A stretch of 63,714 nt of DNA, filler included, from Octopus bimaculoides (GCF_001194135.2; 7 parts of 6 records of this genome joined end to end with filler, not necessarily neighbours in it), one strand, 5' to 3'; counted from the whole stretch's first letter, positions 1-13,649 are shown. Program-made: numbers and translations. The notes: generated by a model from the letters alone, not told the origin.

Positions 1-11
1 TATATATAGAG

Positions 12-104
12 AGATAGGGTGATAAATTGAATATTAATTCAATTTAAAACCAAGTGGCCTAGCATATAAAAAAATCTGAAAATTCAGAAAAAATTGTATT
101 ACAC
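12..104 (+). repeat. Second, truncated copy of the foldback element leader
   Basis: agatagggtgataaattgaatattaattcaatttaaaaccaagtggcctagcatat...ttgtattacac matches 16153-16246. Confidence 0.85.
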
Positions 105-330
105 ACACATACATACAGAGAGAGAAAGAGAGAGAGAGATTGGCTGTTATGTTTAGGATTGGTCATGTGATGTAGATACTTGGTGAGAATCCAATAAGGT
201 TTGAAAATGAATTAAGGCTGTTCCTCATTGTTCCAGTCTATGGAGAAATAGTTAAATTATATATATAAACATTTTTTGTATTATTTTTTTTGTTTCAATA
301 TTTAATGCACTTTCTTTTTATCTATTTCAG

Positions 331-548
331 ATATTTCTCAAAGCCTAATATTCACAGATTTGCAGCTATTAGATGAACAACTTCAGCAAGTCTTTCAATC
401 TCCACATTCCACCCCCACCCCCCACGTCCCCCCTTACCTTGCTCCTTTGACAACTTATTACCAGAACTTATATCCGTGTTGCAATATGGAACTTAATACT
501 AGGAAAGGATTTAACATGCAAGACAATAGTAGTGTGTTGGATACTTGA
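331..548 (+). CDS. Candidate terminal coding exon of an upstream gene, followed by 3'UTR-like sequence to about 1430
   Basis: Strong acceptor ttctttttatctatttcAG at 330; one frame open for 72 codons ((D)ISQSLIFTDLQLLDEQLQQVFQ...SVLDT*); AATAAA at about 1126 and 1386-1395. No recognisable homology. Confidence 0.25.
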
Positions 549-755
549 GGTTTGATGAGGAGACTTCTCAACATCATCACTGTTGTTGTTGTTGTTGTTG
601 TCGTCATCACCGGATAAGGACCCAATGATGGTGTTTGATGGCAACAGTGGTTTTTAAACGCTAAAAGTCAGATTTCTCTTGCAGGACATGGATAATTAAT
701 GCGACTTCTTAATTCTCTCCTTTCCCTTCTCCTCAACCCACCACCATCACTGCTT

Positions 756-797
<42 letters not shown>

Positions 798-1589
798 TTG
801 TTGTTGTTGCTATCTTTGTTGCTACATAATGTTGCATCCAGCCTGATGTGACTGTAAAGCACTGTCTATAGCGTGATATGTTCACTAGAGTATGTATGTA
901 CTTACACCAGACCATAATATTTTTGGTTGTAGCTTTCCTGTCCTCAGCTGCTCACTCACTCCCCACTTCCATACAAACACACAAATTAACTTTCCAATTT
1001 GATTTTCCCTACCTGTACTCCATCTTTCCCTCAATTTCTTTACTAACATTGTTATTTTTATTTCTGTTATCTTATTTTGTCCTCTCTCTCTCTCTCTCCC
1101 TCTCTTTCTCTTCCTCTTCCTATTTTAATAAACCGTCTTCTCCACCCATTCACTGACCCTCCAACAGCCTATAACTCCTCCACAACACTGTTTGTCAAGC
1201 ATGTTGTCCAATTGAGGTTATTTCTGTTAAACTCTACTTCACACTTGTCTATTTGGTCGAATGCCACCTGTGACTGACTATTTTCTGTTTCTTTCTCTCT
1301 ATATTTGTACATATTGGACCTGAATTTCAAAGTTATTATTATTAAACAATTGTTATATTAAGGGGAAGAAAAATATCAATCAAGAAAATAAATAAAAAAT
1401 ATGAAGAAAAGTTTTCGTTTCAGTTGCAAAAAAAAAAAATCAAGTGTTTTTTTTTTTGTCTTTTTTTGTTTTGTTCTTTCAAGCTTTTAGAACAGGCTTG
1501 GGCAACCTTTCTTGAAAAGAGGGCTGCATGAGACATAAGTTCAATTGTAGGTGGGCCACACTACTAAAAAAAAAGTTAAAGGTAATTTT

Positions 1590-1950
1590 TCATACACAAA
1601 CAGCAGAATGGGGTGCTACTGCATAGTACCAAAAATCCCAACATTGCAATCAAGATACAGGACTAGATACTGCAACAGCTTGGATTTCAAGGGCCTTCAA
1701 TATTCCCTCAAAAAGCCTGAGTGACCTACATGGAGTGGATGTAGGCATCTTCATAATAAAACTGAATCTTCTCCTGTCAAGAGTTCCAGATGAACCCTAA
1801 CCTTGCAGCAAGAAATGCAGATGAGCAACATCAAACTCCCTCATTCACCAAATGTCACATATCAGAGGAGGTTTCAAGTAGTAAAAGTGTAGCAGAGCTA
1901 ATGACAGTGCCCCAGCATGGCCACAGCCCTCTAGCTGAAACTAGTAAAGT
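1590..1950 (+). mobile_element. CR1/L2-like LINE 3' end
   Basis: TRYCNSL..GLQ...SDLHGVDVGIFIIKLNLLLSRVPDEP, then a 3' tail gtgccccagcatggccacagc...ctgaaactagtaaag shared with the SINE tails in this window. Confidence 0.6.
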
Positions 1951-2414
1951 AATGTGTGCCCATTCAAAGAATCTTGTAGGTCACAGGTTGTTCATAACTG
2001 TTTCAAAATGTTTATTTGTTCAATTTTATGTTCATTTTTTTTTTTCTTTCTCATACTTATGTAAGCTGGATGAATACATATGAATACATATTGAGGCATT
2101 CTTTTTACAGCTAGATACCCTTCTCTTTGTTAACTCTTATCTGTCTTTCAAATAATGCCTTTTTTTTTAAATCCCATTTTCCTCCGAAAGCACAGAACTA
2201 CCAGACAATTTAAGATGTTAATAAAAGTCACCATTTAATGCTCAACATTTTGATGGGAGAACATATAATGTAAACTTATGCACACACATATGTATGTGTA
2301 TATATACTTATGTATTTGTGTGTACATGTATGTATGTGTATATGTGTATATACACATACATACACACACACACATATACATATACACATGTGTGTGTGTG
2401 TGTATGTGTGTATG

Positions 2415-2470
<56 letters not shown>

Positions 2471-2493
2471 TGCACATTTATGTATATACATAC

Positions 2494-2755
2494 ATGGCAG
2501 TGTGGTTAAAAAGTTCACTTTGAAATCTCATAGCTTTGGATTCAGTCCCACTGCATGGCACTTTGGGAAAGTGTCTACTACTGTAGCCCCAGGTCAATCA
2601 GTGTCTTGTTAGTGAATTTGGTAGATGAAAACTGTATGGATGCCTGTTGTATATATACATGTGTGTGAGTGAGGGTGTCTTTGTGCTTAGTTTCCTCACC
2701 ACGACCACCACCACCACCACTTGACAACCAGTGTTGGTTTGTTTAAGTCTATCCC
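2494..2755 (+). mobile_element. Old diverged type A SINE
   Basis: atggcagtgtggttaaaaag..ggattcagtcccactgcatggcactttgggaaagtgtct..gaatttggtagatgaaaactg. Confidence 0.75.
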
Positions 2756-2761
2756 AATAGA

Positions 2762-3145
2762 ATGAATGCCAGAGATTGTGTGATGCTTATGCATGAGCAG
2801 CAATGCTAGATAGAAAGAAATGAAGCTAGCATGCTCTGCTGGATGTGCAATGTCAGTGTGCATATATAACTAATTCCAAATGTGCTGAGAGAAACATTGG
2901 GCATATGTGGCATCAGATGTGATGTGTAAAAGGGAAGATTGCACAAGTATAATCATGTGATGTGTGTGGTTGAGGACAGCTGCAAAAAGAAATGCTGATC
3001 GCTATAGGTAGATGGAACTTGTGGAAGAGGGAGACCCAGGAAGACATGAAACAAATCAGTAATGACCAACCTCAGGGTTGTGTTGAACCTTGTGGATATG
3101 ACAAAGGACCAAGATAATTGGCAACTTGCTGTGCTCAAGAAAACT
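2762..3145 (+). mobile_element. Decayed RTE LINE 3' ORF end
   Basis: RNEASMLCWMCNVSV...LRETLGICGIRC...HVM...VDGTCGRGRPRKT...MTKDQDNWQLAV with stops; typical RTE C-terminus. Confidence 0.75.
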
Positions 3146-3971
3146 CAAAAGCATATCATTAATATCTCTGCCCTTGCATTCAATCTGTATCTGTCAAGCT
3201 TTCCCCACAACTCACTTTTGCAACACCCATCCAGCCTTCATCCATCTAACCACAGCACTATTTCCTCAGCTACTGTAATTATATGTGAGCAGGAAGGCAC
3301 ATATTCTATCTCCTCTTTTGTGGTACCCCTGTGTGTCTGTCTCTATCACTATGCGTATTCTCTCTCTCTCTTTCTCTTTCTCCCCCCCCCCCACATACTT
3401 TATATCATCTCCGTTCTTCATGTATCTATGGTTTTATTATACAGTTGCTCTCCACATCCTCATTTATGTTTTGCTACCGATTACTCCCCTCTTCTTTGAT
3501 ACACTCCTATTTTCTTCACTTTCCCCAAACTGAGATTTGCCATTGACCACCCATATTCACCATTCACCCCTGTCCATATCTCTATCGCTCTTCTTTCACT
3601 CACTCACAAACCTACCCACCTAGCCCTTATCAATTCTCGTCCTTTATCCACTTTGTACCTTGAAGGTATGCCCTGACACCTAATCTCCACTGCCACCATT
3701 CCCCTTTTTTTCTGCTGGGGTACCTATATATCTCCTCTACAAGACACTTGTTCCTGTCTCTCGTTCATACTTGATGCAAAGCACCCACTTTCTGTCAAAG
3801 GCTTCTTATCTTGTGAGTTACTTGGTGCCACAGAAAAAAAACGTCCAATATATTTTGTTAAGTGATTTGCATTAGAAAGGGCATCCAACCATAGAAACCA
3901 TGCTAAAGCAAGCATTGGAGTTCAACACTGTCCTCTGGCTCATTGAATCTTATCAAACTATTCAACTGACA

Positions 3972-4170
3972 TTAACTCTTTAGCATTTAAACTGGTCATT
4001 AACTCTAACATTTAAACTGGTCATTTCCAGCCAAAATATTCTACCTGTTTTATGTTCAAACCAGCCAGATCTGGATTCTCATGCCTATTTTATAGTGTCA
4101 TTCTAAAAATATACAATTACATCATCAAAATTTCAAAGCTATGAGAATTAAGCAAGCTGAGTATAATGGG
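3972..4170 (+). mobile_element. Truncated TTAA-ended (piggyBac-like) MITE with duplicated 5' end
   Basis: ttaactctttagcatttaaactggtca repeated twice (3972-4023), followed by sequence I recall as a common octopus MITE. Confidence 0.4.
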
Positions 4171-4849
4171 GATTGTTGTTTGTCTTATTTACATAAGCAC
4201 TACAGTAACATGTCAATGGTTTCTATTGCCCTACTTAAATATAGATGTGTCAACTTAACAATGGTGTCCTAAACTATAGTAGGAAAGATCAACTAGAAAT
4301 GAAACATTGCTCCAAACAAGTTTTACACAAATACTAACAGGAAAGACCCTGCGTAAAATCATTTAAATAAGAAATCAAGTGGTATAAAGTATCTATCTAG
4401 TCACGAAAAAGTAATTGAACTGAACCCAAAGTTAGCTGTTAGGGTGATTTGTATAGTAGAATACTATCTGGTGTAAGCAATGCTTCTACATTTATGACTA
4501 CCTGTTTTTATAATGTTAAGAATGTGGGAGAAGTTGCCATATTACTAAAATTACCTAATTTGTTGTCCTGAAAATGCAAGCTTTAAGTCATTTATTGGGG
4601 ATTCATTTTCTATGTTATCTTTAGCTTTAAAAAAATGCTATATCTAATGTTTTCAGGATACTTTAGTTTTTGTTTATCATTGTACTTTTCAATCTTTTAG
4701 TCAGGTGGTGGGAAAGGCAGCATCATGAGCTCTTGACCCTCCGAGATTACTGGGATGGAAGGAGGGAGATTTCCTTAAATTTAGACCTGGTTTGAATGCT
4801 TACAACAGAGTGAAGTCTGCTAAAAGCCCCGAAGGTACCAGAGTACTTT

Positions 4850-5290
4850 ATCATCGTCATCATCATCATTGTTTTTACATTCCACCTCTTCATGCTTTCG
4901 TGGGTCAGATGGAATTTGTTGAGGTGGATTTTCTATGGCGGGATGCCCTTCCTGTTACCAAATCTTACCTGTTTTCAAGCAAGGTAATATTCCCCCCATG
5001 ACTAGACATGTTTTCATAGAAGATTGGGAACGAGGGAGACCGCATGATGGTGACACTCATTTACAAGTATCATATGATGTCAAATCAAGGAGACAGTAAA
5101 ACACACACACATACACTTGCTTATATGTATGTATGACAGGCTTTCAGTTTCCATTTTCCAAATTCACTCACAGATTTGGCTGGCCCAGAGCTATAATAGA
5201 AGACACATGCCCAAGGTGTTGTGCAGTATGACTGAACCCAAAACCATGTGGTTAGGAAGCATGCTTCTTGCCACACAACCACACCTAAGT
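4850..5290 (-). mobile_element. SINE with type A head and RTE-type (GAT)n tail
   Basis: Head domain at 5140-5285 as in type A; 3' part ggatgcccttcctg..catgc..catcatcatcat matches the RTE-type tail. Confidence 0.65.
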
Positions 5291-6339
5291 GATGGATTAG
5301 ATCTAAAACCCACATAAACCATGAGATTTGGAGTTGGAACAGCCAGAACAAGTACTGCAAGACACCTAGTCGGACATTGTTATAGTTCTGCTAATTCACC
5401 ACCTTGGTTTGGTAGATTTTATCAACTCAGAAAGAATGTGTGACTAAGATGACCTTGGCAGGATTTGAACTCAGAATGCAATGAGTCAGAATAAATGCCA
5501 ATTCACCACCTACTGTGTTCGATAAGTTTTAAGAATCTGGATCAATTAGTGATATGATGCAATATTGTGCATATCCTGAATCTTATTGTTGATAAGACTT
5601 GGGTTCAGTGTGATTTCAGAAACAATTGCTTCACTTGACTACATTGTCTCGAATTTAGAACATAGGGCAGTTTTGATTTCAGAATTAGCANNNNNNNNNN
5701 NNNNNNNNNNNNNNNNNNNNNNNNNNNNNNNNNNNNNNNNNNNNNNNNNNNNNNNNNNNNNNNNNNNNNNNNNNNNNNNNNNNNNNNNNNTATACAATAT
5801 GTACGAATGCGTGTACAGAAGATAGACAACAAATTGGCGTTTATATATAGCATGTAATCATTTATAAAATATGTTGATAGATGTAAACAAAAAACTTATC
5901 TTGCAAAGAAATATAATCCGTAACAAATCTTTACAGCTGTTTCAAAAATTTCTGCGGTTTGTTGTGCAGTTGCACACATCAACAAAGTAGAAACTGTCAT
6001 CAACAATTAAGCATGAAGAGTTAATACGTACATGGTGGAATCGTAAAGTACCGAATTTCCAGTCAGAGAGATGAGTGGCAACATGCATCTATGTCAGTAT
6101 ATGTTTTGATGCTACATTTTGTGTTTGCTTTTATATATGCCTTTACTTATATTTTAGTGCTACATATAAATAACTGTCTATCTTTTGTCTTTTTATTACT
6201 TGCTTCGAGCTGTATATCGTTTATCACCAACAATTGTTCCAATATGCTATTTTAATCCCAATATGTACGTTGGATTATAGGAAGCTGGACTGGTCCCAAC
6301 GATAAACCAGTGTTTGTATATTCTATGATGAGATAGATC

Positions 6340-6399
<60 letters not shown>

Positions 6400-6853
6400 T
6401 TGATGTGTGTATTATGTACGTTTGTATGCATGCATGCATGTAGGTATATGTACATATAACATATAAACCTTGTCATGATACGGACGTATAATCATTTTTG
6501 TTTTATTTCTTATAAAATTGTGCAGCAAAGTTCTTTTTAAAACAAGGGCACGTGCATATGCACATATATTTAAATATCGGTGTTGGTTTACTTATATCCG
6601 CTCAATTTAGCGATTCACCAAAAGAGTACGATAGAAAAAAGAGCAAGCCTTCAACATAAATACTGGGACCGATTTGTACGCACAGTTCAAACGATTAAAA
6701 GAAGTTAAAGGTAAAAGAAAAAAAAAGCTACTCTCACAAATATATATTTATATCCCTATAGACATTTTTAGATATACGCTTTTATCTTTATACACACACG
6801 CAGATTCCCTACATTTTTATAATTATGAATATCTATATATATACATATGCGTG

Positions 6854-6893
<40 letters not shown>

Positions 6894-7345
6894 TACCAAT
6901 ATCCATATANNNNNNNNNNNNNNNNNNNNNNNNNNNNNNNNNNNNNNNNNNNNNNNNNNNNNNNNNNNNNNNNNNNNNNNNNNNNNNNNNNNNNNNNNNN
7001 NNNNNNNNNNNNNNNNNNNNNNNNNNNNNNNNNNNNNNNNNNNNNNNNNNNNNNNNNNNNNNNNNNNNNNNNNNNNNNNNNNNNNNNNNNNNNNNNNNNN
7101 NNNNNNNNNNNNNNNNNNNNNNNNNNNNNNNNNNNNNNNNNNNNNNNNNNNNNNNNNNNNNNNNNNNNNNNNNNNNNNNNNNNNNNNNNNNNNNNNNNNN
7201 NNNNNNNNNNNNNNNNNNNNNNTATATATATATATATATATACATATATATACATATATATATATACATATATATATACATATATCTATACACATATATA
7301 TATACGTTTATTAATATAGATGCGGACGTACTTGTGTACATATGC

Positions 7346-7391
<46 letters not shown>

Positions 7392-7554
7392 ATATATATA
7401 TGTATGTTTGTTTGTATGTATATATACATATTTGTATGTATATATATATGTATGTATATATGTATACATATATGTGTATATATATTTATGTATACATACA
7501 TACATATATATGTATGAATGTATGTATGTAATATGTATGAATGCATATATGTAT

Positions 7555-8092
7555 CAGGGCCGGATTAAGGCCTATACAGCCCCTAAGAACTTTTAAAAAG
7601 CTTTTAGTGTCCCCTCATAGATGGAATCCAAAATATAAACAATAATAAACTGTAAAATAAATTTTTATTTTTCTAAATAAAACAAAACTAACCGTAAGGT
7701 GGAAAAGAATATTCATTTTTGTATACTTCCACTTAATTTATATTTGGAAAGTTTTCTCCAACTTTCTTTAATTGCAAAGTCTTTCAACAGATCTTCAAAA
7801 TTAATCTTACGTAACATCCAGCCGGCCTTGTTGCACAGTTGTTCTGACGAGATTTTTAATATACTTCAACTGAGAAAATGAACGCTTAGCTGAGCAAATT
7901 GTGACTGTTAATGTTAAAAATATACGAAAGGTGATGTCTACATTTGCAAAAGCACACTCAATAATGTTTATTTTAGCAAGTTTAAAACGATTTTCTAATG
8001 TACCGTAAACTATTTACAATTTCTGTTGTACCCACTCTTCCTTCGATGCCCTAAGCACGAGCTTATTTTGCTTAAGGGTTAATCAAGCGCTA
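7555..8092 (-). mobile_element. Non-autonomous hAT (Tip100-like) element carrying a dimerisation-domain remnant
   Basis: Ends cagggccggattaa ... ttaatcaagcgcta (imperfect TIR); minus strand NVDITFRIFLTLTVTICSAKRSFSQLKYIKN..RTT..QGRLD..LRKINFEDLLKDFA. No clear 8-bp TSD. Confidence 0.75.
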
Positions 8093-8690
8093 TGCATGTT
8101 TGTATGCATGTATTCAAATATATAATCCAAATAATAAAACAAAGAAATTGTTTAGCATATCGTTACAATTGTTTCTGTACCAACTCTGCTCGCAACGCTA
8201 GTTCAAGTACATACAAGTATACAAATATACCCACGTATCTATGTGCATGTGCATATACATATAGATATTATTAATATATACATATAAGTGTATAATGTGC
8301 ATATATAAATATATAGAATATTAGCGTATACATGTACATGTATGAACATATGCATGCACATATGTGCGTGCGTGTGTGCACGTGAGCCTGTGTGTATGAA
8401 GAACAATGAACTCGAACTCAGGTCGTGAATTTTTGTGTATATATGGTATGTATATGTGTATGTTTAATATATGCATGTATATGTGCTTTAGTGTATGTGT
8501 GTGCATATATGTATCGAAGTATTGATGCAGGCATAAGTGTATGTGTTTGGATGCCTAAAATCATACATACAGACACTAAACATGATGATGATGATGATAA
8601 ACAACAGAAATGTTTTTGGGTTAAAATTTATAAGTTAAATACGAATACTTATGCAAACATACGTATAAACACACACCCACGCACAGACAT

Positions 8691-8755
<65 letters not shown>

Positions 8756-9162
8756 GGCGTAGGAGTGGCAGTGTGGTAAGTAGCTTGCTTACCAACCACA
8801 TGGTCCCGGGTTCAGACCCACTGCGTGGCATCTTGGGCAAGTGTCTTCTACTATAGCCTCGGGCCGACCAAAGCCTTGTGAGTGGATTTGGTAGACGGAA
8901 ACTGAAAAGAAGCCTGTCGTATATATGTATATCTATATGTATGTGTTTATGTGTCTGTGTTTGTCCCCCCAACATCGGTTGACAACCGATGATGGTGTGT
9001 TTATGTCCCCGTAACTTAGCGGTTTGGCAAAAGAGACCGATAGAATAAGTACTAGGCTTCTAAAGAATAAGTCCTGGGGTCGATTTGCTCGACTAAAGGT
9101 GGTGCTCCAGCATGGCCACAGTCAAAAGACTGAAACAAGTAAAAGAGTAAAAGAGTAAAAGA
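8756..9162 (+). mobile_element. Full-length tRNA-derived octopus SINE (OK-like), type A
   Basis: A-box tggcagtgtgg, B-box ggttcagaccc, central ggcatcttgggcaagtgtcttctactatagcc..ggtagacggaaactg domain, internal (TA/TG)n, tail cagcatggccacagtc..gactgaaacaagt(aaaagagt)n. Confidence 0.9.
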
Positions 9163-9218
9163 TATATAGAAGGTTAAAAAAGACAGATATGCATATACAT
9201 AAGAAGGAAGGAAACAAA

Positions 9219-9263
9219 GGACCACTGATGAGGTCACAGAAGTGTGACGAAAGAACTCTGGCC
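9219..9263 (+). ncRNA. Minimal type I hammerhead ribozyme-like motif
   Basis: ggacca CUGAUGA g gucaca-gaag-ugugac GAAA g-aa-c UC uggcc. Intact core, perfect 6-bp stem II, CUC triplet, short stem I with a mismatch, 2-nt loop III. Confidence 0.5.
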
Positions 9264-9703
9264 GAAATAAGATTAAGATTAATGTAATATAAAGCTGAAG
9301 CAAATTAACACCAAATATACAGTGCGTGTGTTTTTATTGGCTAAACTGGCAATATGACCATCCCCAAGTACANNNNNNNNNNNNNNNNNNNNNNNNNNNN
9401 NNNNNNNNNNNNNNNNNNNNNNNNNNNNNNNNNNNNNNNNNNNNNNNNNNNNNNNNNNNNNNNNNNNNNNNNNNNNNNNNNNNNNNNNNNNNNNNNNNNN
9501 NNNNNNNNNNNNNNNNNNNNNNNNNNNNNNNNNNNNNNNNNNNNNNNNNNNNNNNNNNNNNNNNNNNNNNNNNNNNNNNNNNNNNNNNNNNNNNNNNNNN
9601 NNNNNNNNNNNNNNNNNNNNNNNNNNNNNNNNNNNNNNNNNNNNNNNNNNNNNNNNNNNNNNNNNNNNNNNNNNNNNNNTATATATATATATATATACAT
9701 ACA

Positions 9704-9755
<52 letters not shown>

Positions 9756-10168
9756 GGTATATATATATATACACACACACACACACATACTCCACGCACG
9801 AATACAGTTGAGACGCATTGGCTGAATAAGTTTTCCTTGATTAATTGTTATTTATATGTTTATACATATGGTTAACCATAAATCTTGGTTCCATTTTGCC
9901 GTCAGTCAAGAAATATATGACAATGTTCATGTGTTTAATTTTCATGGTATTCAGTTGTTTTCGAGCTTTTATTTTGATTTTCGTTTTATTTTCCATTTTC
10001 TGATGTGTGTGTGTGTGTGTGTAATCGTTTTTTAAGTTACTAATCACTGTATTGTTTAATATAGTTGCACATAGAACGAAATTTAAGCAGTTTCATTGGT
10101 GTTCGTTTATAATGACAGTTAAATGTCCATAGCTGTTTACAGTACTTGAATGTATTTATGCATGCATA

Positions 10169-10221
<53 letters not shown>

Positions 10222-10243
10222 GCGCACACACACGCACATATAC

Positions 10244-10324
<81 letters not shown>

Positions 10325-11120
10325 CACANNNNNNNNNNNNNNNNNNNNNNNNNNNNNNNNNNNNNNNNNNNNNNNNNNNNNNNNNNNNNNNNNNNNNNNN
10401 NNNNNNNNNNNNNNNNNNNNNNNNNNNNNNNNNNNNNNNNNNNNNNNNNNNNNNNNNNNNNNNNNNNNNNNNNNNNNNNNNNNNNNNNNNNNNNNNNNNN
10501 NNNNNNNNNNNNNNNNNNNNNNNNNNNNNNNNNNNNNNNNNNNNNNNNNNNNNNNNNNNNNNNNNNNNNNNNNNNNNNNNNNNNNNNNNNNNNNNNNNNN
10601 NNNNNNNNNNNNNNNNNNNNNNNNNNNNNNNNNNNNNNNNNNNNNNNNNNNNNNNNNNNNNNNNNNNNNNNNNNNNNNNNNNNNNNNNNNNNNNNNNNNN
10701 NNNNNNNNNNNNNNNNNNNNNNNNNNNNNNNNNNNNNNNNNNNNNNNNNNNNNNNNNNNNNNNNNNNNNNNNNNNNNNNNNNNNNNNNNNNNNNNNNNNN
10801 NNNNNNNNNNNNNNNNNNNNNNNNNNNNNNNNNNNNNNNNNNNNNNNNNNNNNNNNNNNNNNNNNNNNNNNNNNNNNNNNNNNNNNNNNNNNNNNNNNNN
10901 NNNNNNNNNNNNNNNNNNNNNNNNNNNNNNNNNNNNNNNNNNNNNNNNNNNNNNNNNNNNNNNNNNNNNNNNNNNNNNNNNNNNNNNNNNNNNNNNNNNN
11001 NNNNNNNNNNNNNNNNNNNNNNNNNNNNNNNNNNNNNNNNNNNNNNNNNNNNNNNNNNNNNNNNNNNNNNNATATATATATATATATATACATATGAATA
11101 TTTTTATACATCTGCACATA

Positions 11121-11551
11121 CAGGGTGCGATTGGTAAATTGTCGCCATTTTCTATTTTTAATTTCGCGTGGGTCAGTTGGGCACCGTCTGTGAGTAAAGC
11201 ACCATTGTGACGCAATCTACTCTGGCCACCTAACTCCCCAGACTGCAACCCTCATGGTTATTATATATAAGGGGCGCAGCTGAGTGGGAGACCAACAAAG
11301 CACCTTGTAACTCCTTGTAGATGAACCGAAGGCTAGGATTATGGCAGCATTCACCAACTCAAACAAGGAGACCGTCCAGAAGATTACGAAGTCATCTGGA
11401 GGTCGTGGTTAAAGCCAATGACAATTTTATTTACTCTTTTGTATGTCAAGATATTTTTAGGTAATTTTAGTAAATATATCTGTTAAAACAAGATGTCAGT
11501 GTTATCTTCATTTTTGCGTAATTTACACGACAATATATTCACCGCACCCTG
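11121..11551 (+). mobile_element. Internally deleted Tc1/mariner (maT/DD37D-like) element with both TIRs
   Basis: 5' TA|cagggtgcgattggtaaattgtcg and 3' cgacaatatattcaccgcaccctg form ~24-bp imperfect TIRs; internal WPPNSPDCNPHGYY..ETNKAPCN..KARIMAAFTN..VVVKANDNF transposase C-terminus. Confidence 0.85.
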
Positions 11552-11565
11552 TGAATATATATGAA

Positions 11566-11770
11566 TATTCTTTTACTTGTTTCAGTCATTTGATTGCGAC
11601 CATGCTGGAACACCGCCTTTAATCGGACAAATTGTCCCCAGGACTTATTCTTTGTAAGCCTAGTACTTATTGTATCGGCTTCTTTTGCCGAACCGCTAAG
11701 TTACGAGGGCGTAAACACACCAACATCGGTTGTCAAACGATGGTGCCGGGACAAACATAGACACTGAAAT
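11566..11770 (-). mobile_element. Type A SINE 3' half
   Basis: ttcttttacttgtttcagtcatt..ccatgctgga..ttgccgaaccgctaagttacg..gacaaacatagacac. Confidence 0.85.
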
Positions 11771-11776
11771 ATATAT

Positions 11777-11892
<116 letters not shown>

Positions 11893-11893
11893 T

Positions 11894-11928
<35 letters not shown>

Positions 11929-11958
11929 GTATATATATACAGATATAAATTAATTAAT

Positions 11959-12016
<58 letters not shown>

Positions 12017-12142
12017 GGATGGATAGATAGATAGATAAAGTTTCTCTATTAGCCACACAGGGTCGAACATAGAGGGGACAAAATACAATGTAGAGCTTTT
12101 CTTTTCGAAAATAGAAAAAAAAGAGAAAAATGAAGTTCCGAT

Positions 12143-12196
<54 letters not shown>

Positions 12197-12275
12197 NNNN
12201 NNNNNNNNNNNNNNNNNNNNNNNNNNNNNNNNNNNNNNNNNNNNNNNNNNNNNNNNNNNNNNNNNNNNNNNNNNN

Positions 12276-12331
<56 letters not shown>

Positions 12332-12668
12332 ATACATACATACATAACGTGAGGTGTCAGCAAATGCAAATCACAAATTTGAGAAAAAAGGATTAAAATT
12401 GTTTTACGTCAGTGTAATAATATTTTCCTGGAATATGTTTTCTGCGTCACCAGGAGAGCAGTAAAAACAAACTAGTGTTCCTCCGAGTATCGTCTGTTAC
12501 AAACTATAAAATTATTATCTGAGGATTATAATAAACACAGTTCTCTATATTTTTACATATGAAATAGCATGTGAGTTCTTAGCATCCATCCACGTAGACA
12601 TATTTTTATCTATCTATATGCATACATATATGCAATATGTGTATGTATGCATGTATGTATGTATGTAA

Positions 12669-12704
<36 letters not shown>

Positions 12705-12764
12705 ATATACACATATATATATATGCATATGCACATGATTAATAATAATGCTAACAACGATAAC

Positions 12765-12819
<55 letters not shown>

Positions 12820-12875
12820 TCTTTAAAGTAATACTACACAATTCTTCATCAGAACAAAATTTATGTATGTATGTG

Positions 12876-12911
<36 letters not shown>

Positions 12912-13262
12912 CGTACATACGTACGTATGTATGTATGTATGTATGCATGTATGTACACATTCAAGCATATACATGTTAAAATTGATATTGCGTTTTAAAG
13001 TAACTGAAGAAGAACATTGACGCATTCAGTACCTTCAAATTTATTATAAATTCCCCGACATATTTTATAATAGATAATATTCTAATATATGATATATGTA
13101 TTTGTGTCAGAATGTATGCCTGTTTCTCGTTTTGTCCACGTTTTTTTGTGACGTCCTGTACCCAGATATACATCTATATATATACATGTAGATGTGGTTT
13201 TTACCCTACCAAATTCTGGTGCCTCAAACATTTTAAGTACCACATTTAATCTTTTGATTAAA

Positions 13263-13311
<49 letters not shown>

Positions 13312-13608
13312 GCGAGAGAGATATACACATATATAGATAGATAGATATACATATATTTATACATACAGAGAGAGATAGATATACATTTACGCACTCACAA
13401 CCATTAACACACACACATACATGCATATTAACACATGTATATTGGTTCGTGTTTGTATGTGTGTATATATGTGTCTGTGTTCGCGTACAGGCGATTGTGT
13501 ATGTGTGTGTGTGTGTATGTGCGTACTTGTGTGTGTGTGTGATTGCATGTGCGTGCGTATGCGTGCGCGTGTAGATAGATATGTATGTATCATTTTACAT
13601 ATTTCGTT

Positions 13609-13649
<41 letters not shown>

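Noticed and set aside
668-862. Minus-strand N/S-rich ORF (SNNNNSSSS...RRRERRE)
   Set aside because: Driven by (CAA)/(TAG) repeats; the apparent upstream intron would be only 54 nt; no homology.
8756-8830. tRNA-like sequences with A and B boxes
   Set aside because: They are SINE heads continuing into SINE bodies; no complete cloverleaf.
12815-12855. Hammerhead-like CUGAUGA on the minus strand (similar partial cores at 13003, 38650-38700, 40238-40275, 49570-49605)
   Set aside because: Each lacks one catalytic box or the stems; at best dead relics, not supportable individually.
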